From the NCBI GenBank assembly GCA_964443845.1, contig CAYUFA010000004.1, positions 2,706-62,996 of the forward strand: 60,291 bases of DNA. Direction: 5' to 3'. Source of the stretch: an uncultured Ectothiorhodospiraceae bacterium. Its GTDB lineage: Bacteria; Pseudomonadota; Gammaproteobacteria; UBA9214. Every line of letters starts with the position of its first letter. The stretch's first letter is position 1. This document shows, piece after piece, positions 33,860 through 44,894 of this stretch. The notes beneath the pieces were generated by a model. The model saw nothing but the letters and a program-made list of their open reading frames with translations, was not told where the DNA came from and did no database searches. A program made the translations under genes and the position numbers.

Positions 33860-34765
33860 GTGACCGATGGCAATGCCAGCCTGACGGACTACCTCAAGTC
33901 ATGGCCATTGTACCTGCTGCCGCACCGGCTGCTGTCACGCAGCGTGCGCGCCGTCGCCCGCTGCCGGATCCGGCCCCTGAAGAATGTCCTCATGCGGGCC
34001 TTTATCCGGAAATTCGGCGTGGACCTCAGCGAGGCGCAGGAGCCGTCAATCTCCGGCTATCCGGATTTCAACAGCTTTTTCACCCGTGCGTTGCGTCCGG
34101 GAGTGCGGCCGCTCACGACCCTGCGACAGGCACTGGCGTGTCCGGTGGACGGTTTCGTCAGCCAGGCCGGCAACCTCGACCAGGACCGCCTTGTCCAGGC
34201 CAAGGGCCATGACTATTCCCTGCTCCGGCTGCTGGGTGGTAACGCACAGCGCGCCGCACCATTTACCAATGGCCGGTTTGCAACCCTGTACCTGTCACCA
34301 CGGGATTATCACCGGATCCACATGCCGGTCACCGGCCGCCTGCTGGAAACCATCTATATCCCGGGAAGACTGTTCAGCGTCGCCCCGCATACGACACGCA
34401 CCATTCCCGGGCTGTTCGCCCGCAACGAACGGCTGGTTTGCCTGTTCGACACGGCGACCGGGCCAATGGCCGTGGTGATGGTGGGAGCCATCTTCGTCTC
34501 CAGCATGGAAACCGTCTGGGGTGGCGTGGTGAATCCCGGACTTGCGGCATGCATCCGGCAACAGCGCCATGACCTGCCCGGCACGGCGGCGGTCGTTCTG
34601 GACCAGGGCGCGGAACTGGGCCGCTTCAACATGGGTTCGACCGTCATCCTGCTGTTCGGCCGGGATCGGGTCCGCTGGACGGACGATTTACGGCCGGGCA
34701 CGCCGGTCCGGACCGGACAGTTGCTGGGCTACACGCTGTCACCCGCCCGCGCGCCGCGCGGTTAA
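33860..34765 (+). CDS. psd: Phosphatidylserine decarboxylase proenzyme
   Basis: FNSFFTR, YLSPRDYHRIHMP, GRFNMGSTVIL self-cleavage motif. Confidence 0.96.
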   Translation: MTDGNASLTDYLKSWPLYLLPHRLLSRSVRAVARCRIRPLKNVLMRAFIRKFGVDLSEAQEPSISGYPDFNSFFTRALRPGVRPLTTLRQALACPVDGFVSQAGNLDQDRLVQAKGHDYSLLRLLGGNAQRAAPFTNGRFATLYLSPRDYHRIHMPVTGRLLETIYIPGRLFSVAPHTTRTIPGLFARNERLVCLFDTATGPMAVVMVGAIFVSSMETVWGGVVNPGLAACIRQQRHDLPGTAAVVLDQGAELGRFNMGSTVILLFGRDRVRWTDDLRPGTPVRTGQLLGYTLSPARAPRG

Positions 34766-34786
34766 CTTTCCGGGCCACCGCGCGTT
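34764..34786 (+). promoter_or_regulatory. Putative ECF-type autoregulatory promoter
   Basis: AAC-N16-CGTT upstream of the ECF sigma gene. Confidence 0.45.
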
Positions 34787-34938
34787 ATGGGTCCTTGAGA
34801 CGGCAGCAAACGGAAGCAGGCCACGCGAGGGTGTGCAATTCCGTTCTCTGCCCATAGATTATCCGGATTGCAGGTCGCCGGCGGCGAGCTGCGGCGGCAG
34901 GATACCGCGACGCGCTCGCGGCAACGAAAATGCCTTGT

Positions 34939-35676
34939 ATGGAAAGGACCTACGATATACTCGACCGCTCCGAATGGCTGCTGCCCCAGACCACCCGCGA
35001 GGCTGCCGGCCCCGGGTCCGAGCAGGAGCCGGCCGGTACGCTCCGCCCTGCCCTCATCGAACGGTTACCGGGAACCGCGTTGGACAAAGCAACCCGCAAT
35101 GACAAGGCGCTCGAGGCGTTTCTCGCCGGCCAGGAAACCCGGGCATTCTATATCGCCCAGGCCGCGCTCTGGGACCGCGAGGAAGCCCTGGACGTGGTCC
35201 AGGACAGCATGCTGCGGCTGGTGCAGTACTATCGGCACAAACCCGCCGCGGAATGGCCCGCCCTGTTTCGCACCGTCCTCAACAGCCGCATCAATGATGT
35301 GCGCAGGAAACGCATGCTGGAGAAGGCCGGGCACAAACTCGTTTCCCTGACCGGGCTGTTCCGGAATGCACAGGACCCGGATTCCGCCACCGCGGTATAC
35401 GAGCTGCCGGCCGGTGAACGGTCGGATGGCGTGACCACACCCGAATCGGGCTACCTCGCCGGGGAATTGCAGGTGCACATCGAGCGCGCACTGGAGGCAC
35501 TGTCCGAGCGCCAGCGGCAGGTCTTCATTCTCAGGGAATGGCGTGGTATGAGTATCAATGAAACTGCGGCGGTTCTCGGCTGCTCGGAAAACAGCATCAA
35601 GCAGCATCATTTCCGCGCATTGCGTGAACTGCGCAGGCAACTTGCAGAGGTATGGGACCATGAACGATCATCCTGA
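34939..35676 (+). CDS. ECF RNA polymerase sigma factor (start uncertain; TTG at 35080 also possible)
   Basis: Region 2 ALDVVQDSMLRL, region 4 LSERQRQVFILREW...ETAAVLGCSENSIK. Confidence 0.92.
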   Translation: MERTYDILDRSEWLLPQTTREAAGPGSEQEPAGTLRPALIERLPGTALDKATRNDKALEAFLAGQETRAFYIAQAALWDREEALDVVQDSMLRLVQYYRHKPAAEWPALFRTVLNSRINDVRRKRMLEKAGHKLVSLTGLFRNAQDPDSATAVYELPAGERSDGVTTPESGYLAGELQVHIERALEALSERQRQVFILREWRGMSINETAAVLGCSENSIKQHHFRALRELRRQLAEVWDHERSS

Positions 35677-36121
35677 CTCGGAGCAACTCGACATGCTGCG
35701 CGCCGGACTGCTGGATGATGCCCCGGACAGGAGGGCGCTGCTCGAACGGCATCTCGCCGGCTGCCGGACCTGCCGGGAACAGGCCGCGCCGTGGCAGAAA
35801 CTCGCCTCCCGGCTGGGCGCAACCCTGGAACCTGCCGGCTTGCCCGCGGACCTGCGCCGGGCACGGCAGTCCGCACTGACCACGGCAACCCGCCATACAC
35901 CACGGGCACTGGTCCCCTATGCCGCTGCCGCCGCCCTGCTGATCGCGGTCATTGTCGGGATCCTCGGCCTTCCGGCCGGCCCGTTGCATGCACCGCACAA
36001 GGCCACGCAGACGGCCCAGGCGGTTCCTGATACCTACGAAGACCTCGACTTCTACCTGTGGCTGGCCAACCAGGATGAGGGACATCCCGCAAAGGCCCGC
36101 ACCCGTCCGAACAGTACCTGA
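35660..36121 (+). CDS. Zinc-binding (ZAS) membrane anti-sigma factor
   Basis: HLAGCRTC (HxxxCxxC), one TM helix, EDLDFYLWL tail; overlaps sigma gene stop. Confidence 0.85.
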   Translation: MNDHPDSEQLDMLRAGLLDDAPDRRALLERHLAGCRTCREQAAPWQKLASRLGATLEPAGLPADLRRARQSALTTATRHTPRALVPYAAAAALLIAVIVGILGLPAGPLHAPHKATQTAQAVPDTYEDLDFYLWLANQDEGHPAKARTRPNST

Positions 36122-36123
36122 CG

Positions 36124-36444
36124 ATGAACGCAAGAACTTCCCTGCCGGTTCTTGTCCTGGTCGCGACACTGGTTGCAGCCGCGCTGCCCGCACTGGCGGG
36201 CGGCCAGCCATGGAACAGCCTCAGTCCGGAAGAACAGGCGGTCTTGCACAAACACCGCCGCGACTGGGCAAGTCTCCCGCCCGACCGGCAGTCGCGGCTC
36301 CTGACGGGTGCGAGAAAATACCTCGCGCTGCCGCAGAACAAGCGGAACGAGGTCCAGCAGAAGCGTGAGCAGTATGAACGGATGTCACCGGACGCGCGCC
36401 GGCGCTTGCGTGAGAAATACCGGGAGCAAAGGCGTTACCGCTAG
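36124..36444 (+). CDS. Exported DUF3106-like helical protein
   Basis: Signal peptide, repeats WNSLSPEEQ / WASLPPDRQ / MSPDARRRLRE; third gene of the ECF unit. Confidence 0.8.
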   Translation: MNARTSLPVLVLVATLVAAALPALAGGQPWNSLSPEEQAVLHKHRRDWASLPPDRQSRLLTGARKYLALPQNKRNEVQQKREQYERMSPDARRRLREKYREQRRYR

Positions 36445-36543
36445 CGACGGATGAGGGCCTCCGGGGCAGTGGATGTCGCCCGGTTACCGAGTCTGTTATG
36501 ATGCGCCCGCTTCCCACGATCGTACTCCAGGCCTGTCACCACC

Positions 36544-37341
36544 ATGCATCCCATGCTCACCATCGCGGTCCGCGCAGCGCGCAGTGCGGGCAATCTGATC
36601 ATCCGCAATCTCGACCGGGCCGGCAGCCTGCCGATCCAGACCAAGGAACGCAACGATTTCGTCACGGAAGTCGACCAGCAGGCGGAACGCGAGATCATCG
36701 GCATCCTGCACAAGGCGTATCCCGGACACGGGTTCCTGGCCGAGGAAAGCGGAGCACGGAGCGGTGACGAATTCGAGTGGGTCATCGATCCGCTCGACGG
36801 GACGACCAATTACCTGCACGGATTCCCCCACTTCGCGGTCTCGATCGCACTGCGTCACAAGGGCAGGCTCGAGCAGGCCGTGGTGTATAACCCGGTAAGC
36901 CAGGAGCTGTTTACGGCCTCCCGGGGCCGTGGTGCGTACCTCAACGAGCGGCGGATTCGCGTCAGCAGCCGTAAATCCCTGGAAGGCGCCCTGCTCGGTA
37001 CCGGATTCCCGTTCAAGTCGCAGCAGCACCTCGATGCCTACCTGGCAATGTTCCGCGCCCTGTTCCCGCAGACAGCCGGTATCCGGCGCCCGGGCTCGGC
37101 AGCGCTTGATCTCGCGTACCTCGCGGCCGGGCGTCTCGACGGCTTCTGGGAGGTCGGCCTCAACATCTGGGACATGGCGGCGGGAGTGCTGCTGATCCAG
37201 GAAGCCGGTGGAATCTCCAGTGACTTCATGGGCGGTCATGATTATCTCACCAGCGGCAACCTGGTATCCGGCAACCCGAAAGTCTTCGCCGAAATTCTCA
37301 AGGCGATTCGTCCCCACGTCACGCCGGAACTGGCCGGCTGA
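36544..37341 (+). CDS. suhB: Inositol monophosphatase / Nus factor SuhB
   Basis: MHPMLTIAVRAAR, WVIDPLDGTTN, WDMAAG. Confidence 0.97.
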   Translation: MHPMLTIAVRAARSAGNLIIRNLDRAGSLPIQTKERNDFVTEVDQQAEREIIGILHKAYPGHGFLAEESGARSGDEFEWVIDPLDGTTNYLHGFPHFAVSIALRHKGRLEQAVVYNPVSQELFTASRGRGAYLNERRIRVSSRKSLEGALLGTGFPFKSQQHLDAYLAMFRALFPQTAGIRRPGSAALDLAYLAAGRLDGFWEVGLNIWDMAAGVLLIQEAGGISSDFMGGHDYLTSGNLVSGNPKVFAEILKAIRPHVTPELAG

Positions 37342-37392
37342 ATCCGGTCGGCGTCCGGCACCTGCAGCGGCCGTTGCGGCGCGTCCCGCCGT

Positions 37393-37419
37393 TCAAGAAC
37401 CAGCGCCGCATGCCGATTC
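37393..37419 (+). promoter_or_regulatory. sigma28 (FliA) promoter
   Basis: TCAAG-N14-GCCGATTC, Pseudomonas-type sigma28 consensus; upstream of a small ORF. Confidence 0.65.
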
Positions 37420-37490
37420 CCGGGTTGTATGTTCGACCGGTCCCGTCACTGCGACAATGCCGTGGCCGGCGCTACCAGGGGAGATCATTG

Positions 37491-37706
37491 ATGACCAGGA
37501 CAGCGGGAAGCACGCGGATTCACGGCGCAGCACTGGAACTGATCATGCGCGATGTACTGCATGGAATGCGCCAGTTTACGGAAGATGCCTGTTCCGGCAG
37601 TTCTGCGGCCGGCATGGAGATCGATGCCGTCGAGGCACCCGGCAGCAGCGGACCCGCCGCAGGGGAAAATGTCATCCCCTTCGACAAGCACAGGAAATCC
37701 GCCTGA
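37491..37706 (+). CDS. Small hypothetical protein (71 aa), possible sigma28 target
   Basis: GGGGAG RBS, ATG 37491, ends NVIPFDKHRKSA. Confidence 0.6.
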   Translation: MTRTAGSTRIHGAALELIMRDVLHGMRQFTEDACSGSSAAGMEIDAVEAPGSSGPAAGENVIPFDKHRKSA

Positions 37707-37814
37707 GCGGACCAGCCGGCACCGGCGACATGGATTGCGTGGGCAGTTTCCCCCGGCCTGCGCAGCCGTCACGCCTCCCGACCGGCCAGGCGTGCATTGC
37801 CGGACGGTCCGGGG

Positions 37815-39677
37815 TCAGATCATCAGGCGCGCAACCCGCCGGCCACCGTAGACGAGGTTGATGACCGCCCGGGTACCCATGATGGCGGTGAACATCGAGG
37901 TGACGATACCGATTGCCAGCGTGACCGCAAATCCCTTGACCGGGCCGGTGCCGTAACCAAGCAGGACGATGGCAGCGATCAGCGTGGTGATATTGGCATC
38001 GGCAATGGTGGAAAACGCCTTTTCGTAACCGGCATGGATGCTCGCCTGCGGCGTGTTGCCGTTGCGCAGTTCCTCACGGATGCGCTCGAAGATCAGCACG
38101 TTCGCGTCCACCGCCATGCCGACCGTCAGCACGATACCGGCTATGCCCGGCATGGTCAGCGTGGCCTGCAGCATGGAGAGAATGGCCACGATTAATACCA
38201 GGTTCATTGCCAGTGCCAGGTCGGCCACCACGCCGAAGACGCGGTAGTAGACGACCATGAACACGAGCACGGCGATGAAACCGATGACCACGGATTCAAA
38301 TCCCCTTTCGATGTTGTCCTTGCCCAGGCTCGGGCCAACGGTGCGCTCCTCGATGATCCTGATGGGCGCCGCCAGGGCGCCGGAGCGCAGGACCAGCGCG
38401 AGCTCGTGTGCTTCCTTCGGACTGTCCAGGCCGGTCGTCTGGAAACGCTTGCTGAACACGTCACGAATCGTCGCCACGCTGACCACTTCCTCGACCTTGA
38501 CCGTCTTGGTGACGGGCTTGCCGTCCACCAGGGTGGTTTGATCGCGATTCTCGATAAACACCACCGCCATGGGTTTGCCAACGTTGTCCCTGGTGAAATT
38601 CAGCATGCTGCGGGCACCCTTGCCGTCCAGCGTCACCGAAACCATCGGACTGCCGGAGGACTGGTCGAACCCCGAGCGTGCATTGATGATCTGGTTGCCG
38701 GTTGCAATGACGGATTTTTTCAGCAGGATCGGTTTTCCGTTACGGTCGTAGTACAGGCGGGAGCCCGGCGGCACGAAGCCCTGCACCGCACGCTGTACGT
38801 CATGCTCGATGTCAACCGCCCGGTATTCCAGGGTTGCCGTGGCACCCAGAATCCGTTTTGCCTGGGCCGTGTCCTGCACGCCGGGCAGCTCCACGACGAT
38901 ACGGGACGTGCCCTGCTGCTGGATGACGGGTTCTGCCACGCCGAGCTCATTGACACGATTCCGCAAGGTGAGAATGTTCTGTTGCAGCGCAAAGTTCTGG
39001 ATGTCACGCAACTCCTTTTCCCCGGGACCGAAGGTCAGCTCGAACTTGCCGGGCTTGTCGACCGGCTTGATCGACATCTGCGGGAAATTGTCGTGCAGGA
39101 GATTCTGCGCACGGTCACGCAGTTCCGCACTGCCAAAGCCGATCAGTATGTTCTTGTCACCGGCGTGAAATAATGTGTAGCGCAACCTTTTCTCGCGCAG
39201 CAGCGTCCGGATATCGCTTGCATAGCCCTCGATTGCCTGCCTGACGGCAGCGGCCATGTCCACTTCCATGAGGAAGTGCACACCACCGCGCAGGTCAAGA
39301 CCCAGGTACATCGGCAGCGCGTTCAGGCTTTCCAGCCAGGGCGGTGTGGCCGGCGCCAGGTTGAAGGCCACCGTGTAACCGTTGCTGATGCTGGCCAGCG
39401 CACCCTTTATGTACTCGTCGGCCTTCATCTGGCTATCCGTGTCCGGAAACCGCACCAGCAGCTTGCCCGACTCGATGCCCATGGACTTCACCGTGATTCC
39501 GGCCTTTTTCAGCACGCCGGCAACGGTATTTTCGGTGGACTTGTCCACCTCCGCACCGCGCCCACCGGAAATCTGCAATGCCGGGTCCTCACCATAGATA
39601 TTTGGCAACGCATAGACGAAGCCGACGACCATGATGAGAATGATCAGCAGGTACTTCCAGGTGGCATAGCGGTTCAT
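37815..39677 (-). CDS. secD: Protein translocase subunit SecD
   Basis: LGLDLRGGVHFL, RVNELGVAEP, GMAVDANVLIFERIREE. Confidence 0.98.
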   Translation of the reverse strand: MNRYATWKYLLIILIMVVGFVYALPNIYGEDPALQISGGRGAEVDKSTENTVAGVLKKAGITVKSMGIESGKLLVRFPDTDSQMKADEYIKGALASISNGYTVAFNLAPATPPWLESLNALPMYLGLDLRGGVHFLMEVDMAAAVRQAIEGYASDIRTLLREKRLRYTLFHAGDKNILIGFGSAELRDRAQNLLHDNFPQMSIKPVDKPGKFELTFGPGEKELRDIQNFALQQNILTLRNRVNELGVAEPVIQQQGTSRIVVELPGVQDTAQAKRILGATATLEYRAVDIEHDVQRAVQGFVPPGSRLYYDRNGKPILLKKSVIATGNQIINARSGFDQSSGSPMVSVTLDGKGARSMLNFTRDNVGKPMAVVFIENRDQTTLVDGKPVTKTVKVEEVVSVATIRDVFSKRFQTTGLDSPKEAHELALVLRSGALAAPIRIIEERTVGPSLGKDNIERGFESVVIGFIAVLVFMVVYYRVFGVVADLALAMNLVLIVAILSMLQATLTMPGIAGIVLTVGMAVDANVLIFERIREELRNGNTPQASIHAGYEKAFSTIADANITTLIAAIVLLGYGTGPVKGFAVTLAIGIVTSMFTAIMGTRAVINLVYGGRRVARLMI

Positions 39678-39708
39678 CGTATATTCGGTTCCTGAGCAAG
39701 ACCGGGCA

Positions 39709-40038
39709 CTACAGACCCTTGATGGTTCCTTTCGGCATTACGTTGGATACGGCCTGGCGCTGTACCTTGACGGTCACCTGCTCGGCCACCTCCAGCTCGA
39801 TGAAATTGTCCCCGACCCGGGAGATCCGGCCGAGCAACCCGCCATTGGTCACCACCTCGTCGCCCTTGGCGAGGGCTTCCACCATCTGCTTGTGTTCCTT
39901 CGCCTTCTTGGTCTGGGGTCGGATCAGCAGAAAATAGAAGACCACGAAAATAACGACCAGCGGCAGAAAACTCAGCAACGGGTCCGCCTGACCCTGCTGC
40001 GGCGCCGCCGCCAGCGCATCGGAAATCAGAAAACTCAT
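39709..40038 (-). CDS. yajC: Preprotein translocase subunit YajC
   Basis: FYFLLIRPQ, KGDEVVTNGG, PKGTIK. Confidence 0.97.
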   Translation of the reverse strand: MSFLISDALAAAPQQGQADPLLSFLPLVVIFVVFYFLLIRPQTKKAKEHKQMVEALAKGDEVVTNGGLLGRISRVGDNFIELEVAEQVTVKVQRQAVSNVMPKGTIKGL

Positions 40039-40118
40039 GTCTTGCTCCTGGAATCAGATACGGGCCGCTGCCGTCCGCCTGGCAGCGCCCGTCCGTTATT
40101 GCCAATAAAACCTGTGCA

Positions 40119-42259
<2,141 letters not shown>

Positions 42260-42356
42260 GGCGCGCGGATAGTAGCACAGGCAGGCACGAAAGCCGCTTG
42301 CCGGCCGGAGTGGATGACTTATACTAGCAAACCCTGAAATTCCCGGACCGCACCCT

Positions 42357-42443
42357 GCCGAGGTGGTGAAACTGGTAGACGCACTGGACTCAAAATCCAG
42401 CGGGGGAAACTCCATGCGGGTTCGATTCCCGCCCTCGGCACCA
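42357..42443 (+). tRNA. tRNA-Leu(CAA)
   Basis: GCCGAGGTGGTGAAACTGGTAGAC; anticodon arm CTGGA-CTCAAAA-TCCAG; long variable arm; CCA end. Confidence 0.97.
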
Positions 42444-42453
42444 TTCCGGCCGG

Positions 42454-42957
42454 TCAGTGCGACGCCGGCACCATCAGGATCAGTAACAGGACGGCAGCCA
42501 GGGCAAACACCAGGTAGCGGATCCGGTCCGCTGCTGCCCGGGAACCGGCACGCGGGCGCGAACGTAGCGGGGCTGCCACGGGCAGCGCCCGGGCCTTGCG
42601 CCGGTCCGGCAGGACCCTGCGCTCCGCACCAGGGCACCGGCCACAGCCGGCACAGGCAACGCGGCGACGCTCGCCCCTGCGCTCGTCCGCAAGCATGCGG
42701 GCCTGGTGGTATGCGCGGCTGTCCGCCAGATTCGCAAACCGGACCATGACGGAGGGGACTATCCCGGGGACCTGTCCGGCCCGGACCCAGTCATGGCAGT
42801 CCGTACTGAGTTCGTCGTCGATCCGGATCCGCCCGAGCAGAATGTGCCGGGATACGGTCGCCCCGCTGAACGGCCCCCGCACCACCCCGTCTCGTCGCGC
42901 ATACCAGTCCCTGTCATGCAAAGTGGCTTGCCGGGATTCACCTGGTGTACGGGACAT
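42454..42957 (-). CDS. Hypothetical membrane-anchored protein (GYF_2/DUF4339-like N-terminus, ERR repeats, C-terminal TM)
   Basis: WYARRDGVVRGPFS...W pattern, DERRGERR/ERRxxxDRR, CAGCGRC, C-terminal hydrophobic helix; 11 bp after the fliA stop. Confidence 0.7.
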   Translation of the reverse strand: MSRTPGESRQATLHDRDWYARRDGVVRGPFSGATVSRHILLGRIRIDDELSTDCHDWVRAGQVPGIVPSVMVRFANLADSRAYHQARMLADERRGERRRVACAGCGRCPGAERRVLPDRRKARALPVAAPLRSRPRAGSRAAADRIRYLVFALAAVLLLILMVPASH

Positions 42958-42968
42958 AAAACTGCAGC

Positions 42969-43697
42969 TCAGTCGCTCAACCAGTCCCCCATGCGGGCAC
43001 GCAGGCGAATCAGCGCCTGTCCGTGAATCTGGCAGACCCGCGATTCACTCACACCGAGAATCTCGCCGATCTCGCGCAGATTCAGTTCCTCGTCGTAGTA
43101 CAGCGCCATCACCAGCCGTTCGCGTTCCGGCAGCCCCTTGATTTCCTCCGCCAGTCCCAGTCTGAAATCGGACTTCTGCAGCGTATCCAGCGGCTGATCG
43201 GCATGCTGGCCGGGCTCGGGAATCCCGTCCTCGCTCAGCATCCCCGGGTCTTCAAAACTGAAAATCCGGCAGCCGGTCGAGTCCTGCAGGATCTTGTGGT
43301 ATTCCTCCAGGCTCAGCTCCATTGCCGCGGCAACTTCCACGTCACGTGCATCACGTCCTTTCTCGTTCTCGATCCTGCGCACCGCTTCCGCCACTTCCCG
43401 GGCCTTGCGGTGTACAGAGCGCGGAGTCCAGTCGGTGCGGCGAATCTCGTCAAGCATGGCACCGCGGATGCGGATGCCGGCATAGGTTTCGAAACTGGCC
43501 CCCTGGTCCGGATCGAATTTCCGGGAAGCCTCAATGAGACCGATCATTCCTGCCTGAATGAGATCATCCGCCTGCACACTGGCCGGCAGGCGACTCATCA
43601 GGTGATACGCAATCCGTTTCACCAGGGGTTCGTGCAGGATGACCAGTTCGTTGCTGCAGGAAAAGTCCCGGGACGCCTTTGCAGTATTACCTTTCAT
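42969..43697 (-). CDS. fliA: RNA polymerase sigma28 FliA
   Basis: LVKRIAYHLMSRLPASVQADDLIQAG, FETYAGIRIRGAMLDEIR, DWTPRSVHRK, VSESRVCQIH. Confidence 0.96.
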   Translation of the reverse strand: MKGNTAKASRDFSCSNELVILHEPLVKRIAYHLMSRLPASVQADDLIQAGMIGLIEASRKFDPDQGASFETYAGIRIRGAMLDEIRRTDWTPRSVHRKAREVAEAVRRIENEKGRDARDVEVAAAMELSLEEYHKILQDSTGCRIFSFEDPGMLSEDGIPEPGQHADQPLDTLQKSDFRLGLAEEIKGLPERERLVMALYYDEELNLREIGEILGVSESRVCQIHGQALIRLRARMGDWLSD

Positions 43698-44581
43698 GAC
43701 CTCACCTCCTCGTTGATCTTGTCGTTCTGAAACATCCGTTCCACAAAAAACTCGAGATGGCCTCCCGCATGACCCGGGCGGGGCCATTTCATGACGCGGT
43801 CTGCCAGGTTGCGCAACGCCATTGCCGCACGGCTGCGCGGATATGCACTCAGGATGGTTTCGCCGGACCGGCCGGCCCTCAGCATGTGGTCGTCCAGCGG
43901 AATGAATCCACAACAGTTGAGAATCACATCGTGGTTGGTCGCGAAATGCTGCAACAGCCTGCCAAACACCCCGCTTGCCTCACCTGCCGAGGAAACCTGG
44001 CTGGGCAGGATACGAAAACGCGTAACACCATAGTCGTGCTGGAGGCTGGCGATCATGTGCACGACCGCAGCAACCGATTGCTCGTCCGGGCAGACCGTCA
44101 CGATGATCTCGCCTGCCGCCCTGCACAGGCTGGCAACGCACCCGCCGGTATCCCAGGCCGCATCGATCACCAGCGTATCGATACTGTCCTGCAGTGCGCT
44201 GAATACACGCACCATGCCTGCACATTCCAGAACATCGAGGGAGGCCAGCTGACGGGCACAGGAAGCAGCGGAAATCACCTGTATTCCATCCGGACCGGTC
44301 CGCATCACCTCCTGCAGGCTCCGGCTGCCGTCGAGCACGTCATGCAGGGAATCCACCGTGCCCGCTCCGAATCTGGCACTGGTGCAGGACGCACCCAGGT
44401 CGGCATCCAGCAGCAAGGGTGTGCGGCCCGACCGGCGCATGGCCTGTGCCAGATTCAGGGCAATACTGGTCGTGCCGGTGCCGGTGCTGCCACTGGTCAC
44501 GGCAATGACCTGTGCCGTGGGTCCCGGGATAACGGGATGTGCCTGCCCCCGATAATCCAGCTTGATGTCTGCTGCCCGCAT
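43694..44581 (-). CDS. fleN: FleN/FlhG-like MinD-family protein with degenerate P-loop
   Basis: VIAVTSG...ALNLA, LLDADLG, C-terminal GHLEFFVER helix as in FleN; stop overlaps fliA start; Walker A reads SGSTGTGTT. Confidence 0.8.
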   Translation of the reverse strand: MRAADIKLDYRGQAHPVIPGPTAQVIAVTSGSTGTGTTSIALNLAQAMRRSGRTPLLLDADLGASCTSARFGAGTVDSLHDVLDGSRSLQEVMRTGPDGIQVISAASCARQLASLDVLECAGMVRVFSALQDSIDTLVIDAAWDTGGCVASLCRAAGEIIVTVCPDEQSVAAVVHMIASLQHDYGVTRFRILPSQVSSAGEASGVFGRLLQHFATNHDVILNCCGFIPLDDHMLRAGRSGETILSAYPRSRAAMALRNLADRVMKWPRPGHAGGHLEFFVERMFQNDKINEEVRS

Positions 44582-44663
44582 AGTGACTTGTCTCTCCGGC
44601 GTGTCCACTCTGTTGGTCCCGGGGAATTCCGGCCTTTCTGACCCGGTGACCTGTGAGACAAAT

Positions 44664-44680
44664 AGCAACTTGTGTACCAA
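44664..44680 (-). promoter_or_regulatory. sigma54 -24/-12 promoter of fleN-fliA-orf operon
   Basis: Minus strand TTGGTACACAAGTTGCT, GG-N10-GC. Confidence 0.8.
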
Positions 44681-44718
44681 CCGAAGAAATCGCCCTGTTT
44701 TGGGGGCAAAAAAGCAAA

Positions 44719-44731
44719 TAACCAACTGAAA
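44719..44731 (-). promoter_or_regulatory. Possible IHF site between enhancer and sigma54 promoter
   Basis: TTTCAGTTGGTTA vs WATCARNNNNTTR (1 mismatch) in an AT-rich tract. Confidence 0.4.
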
Positions 44732-44778
44732 TATCAGCTAATATCAATTACCAGTATTGGTAGAACAGAAACGGGAGG

Positions 44779-44798
44779 TACGTCACATTTTTGACGTA
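44779..44798. promoter_or_regulatory. FleQ-binding box (enhancer)
   Basis: Palindrome TACGTCA-CATTTT-TGACGTA; core GTCAAAAATGTGAC resembles the Pseudomonas FleQ box GTCA-N6-TGAC; about 100 bp upstream of the sigma54 promoter. Confidence 0.7.
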
Positions 44799-44894
44799 TC
44801 GATGCGGGAACCGGGCTGGCCTGCCAGTTATCTGTCACAGAACCGGCCTGTTGAACCGGCTGGACCCGGGCAGACGAATCTGCAACGGGACTGG

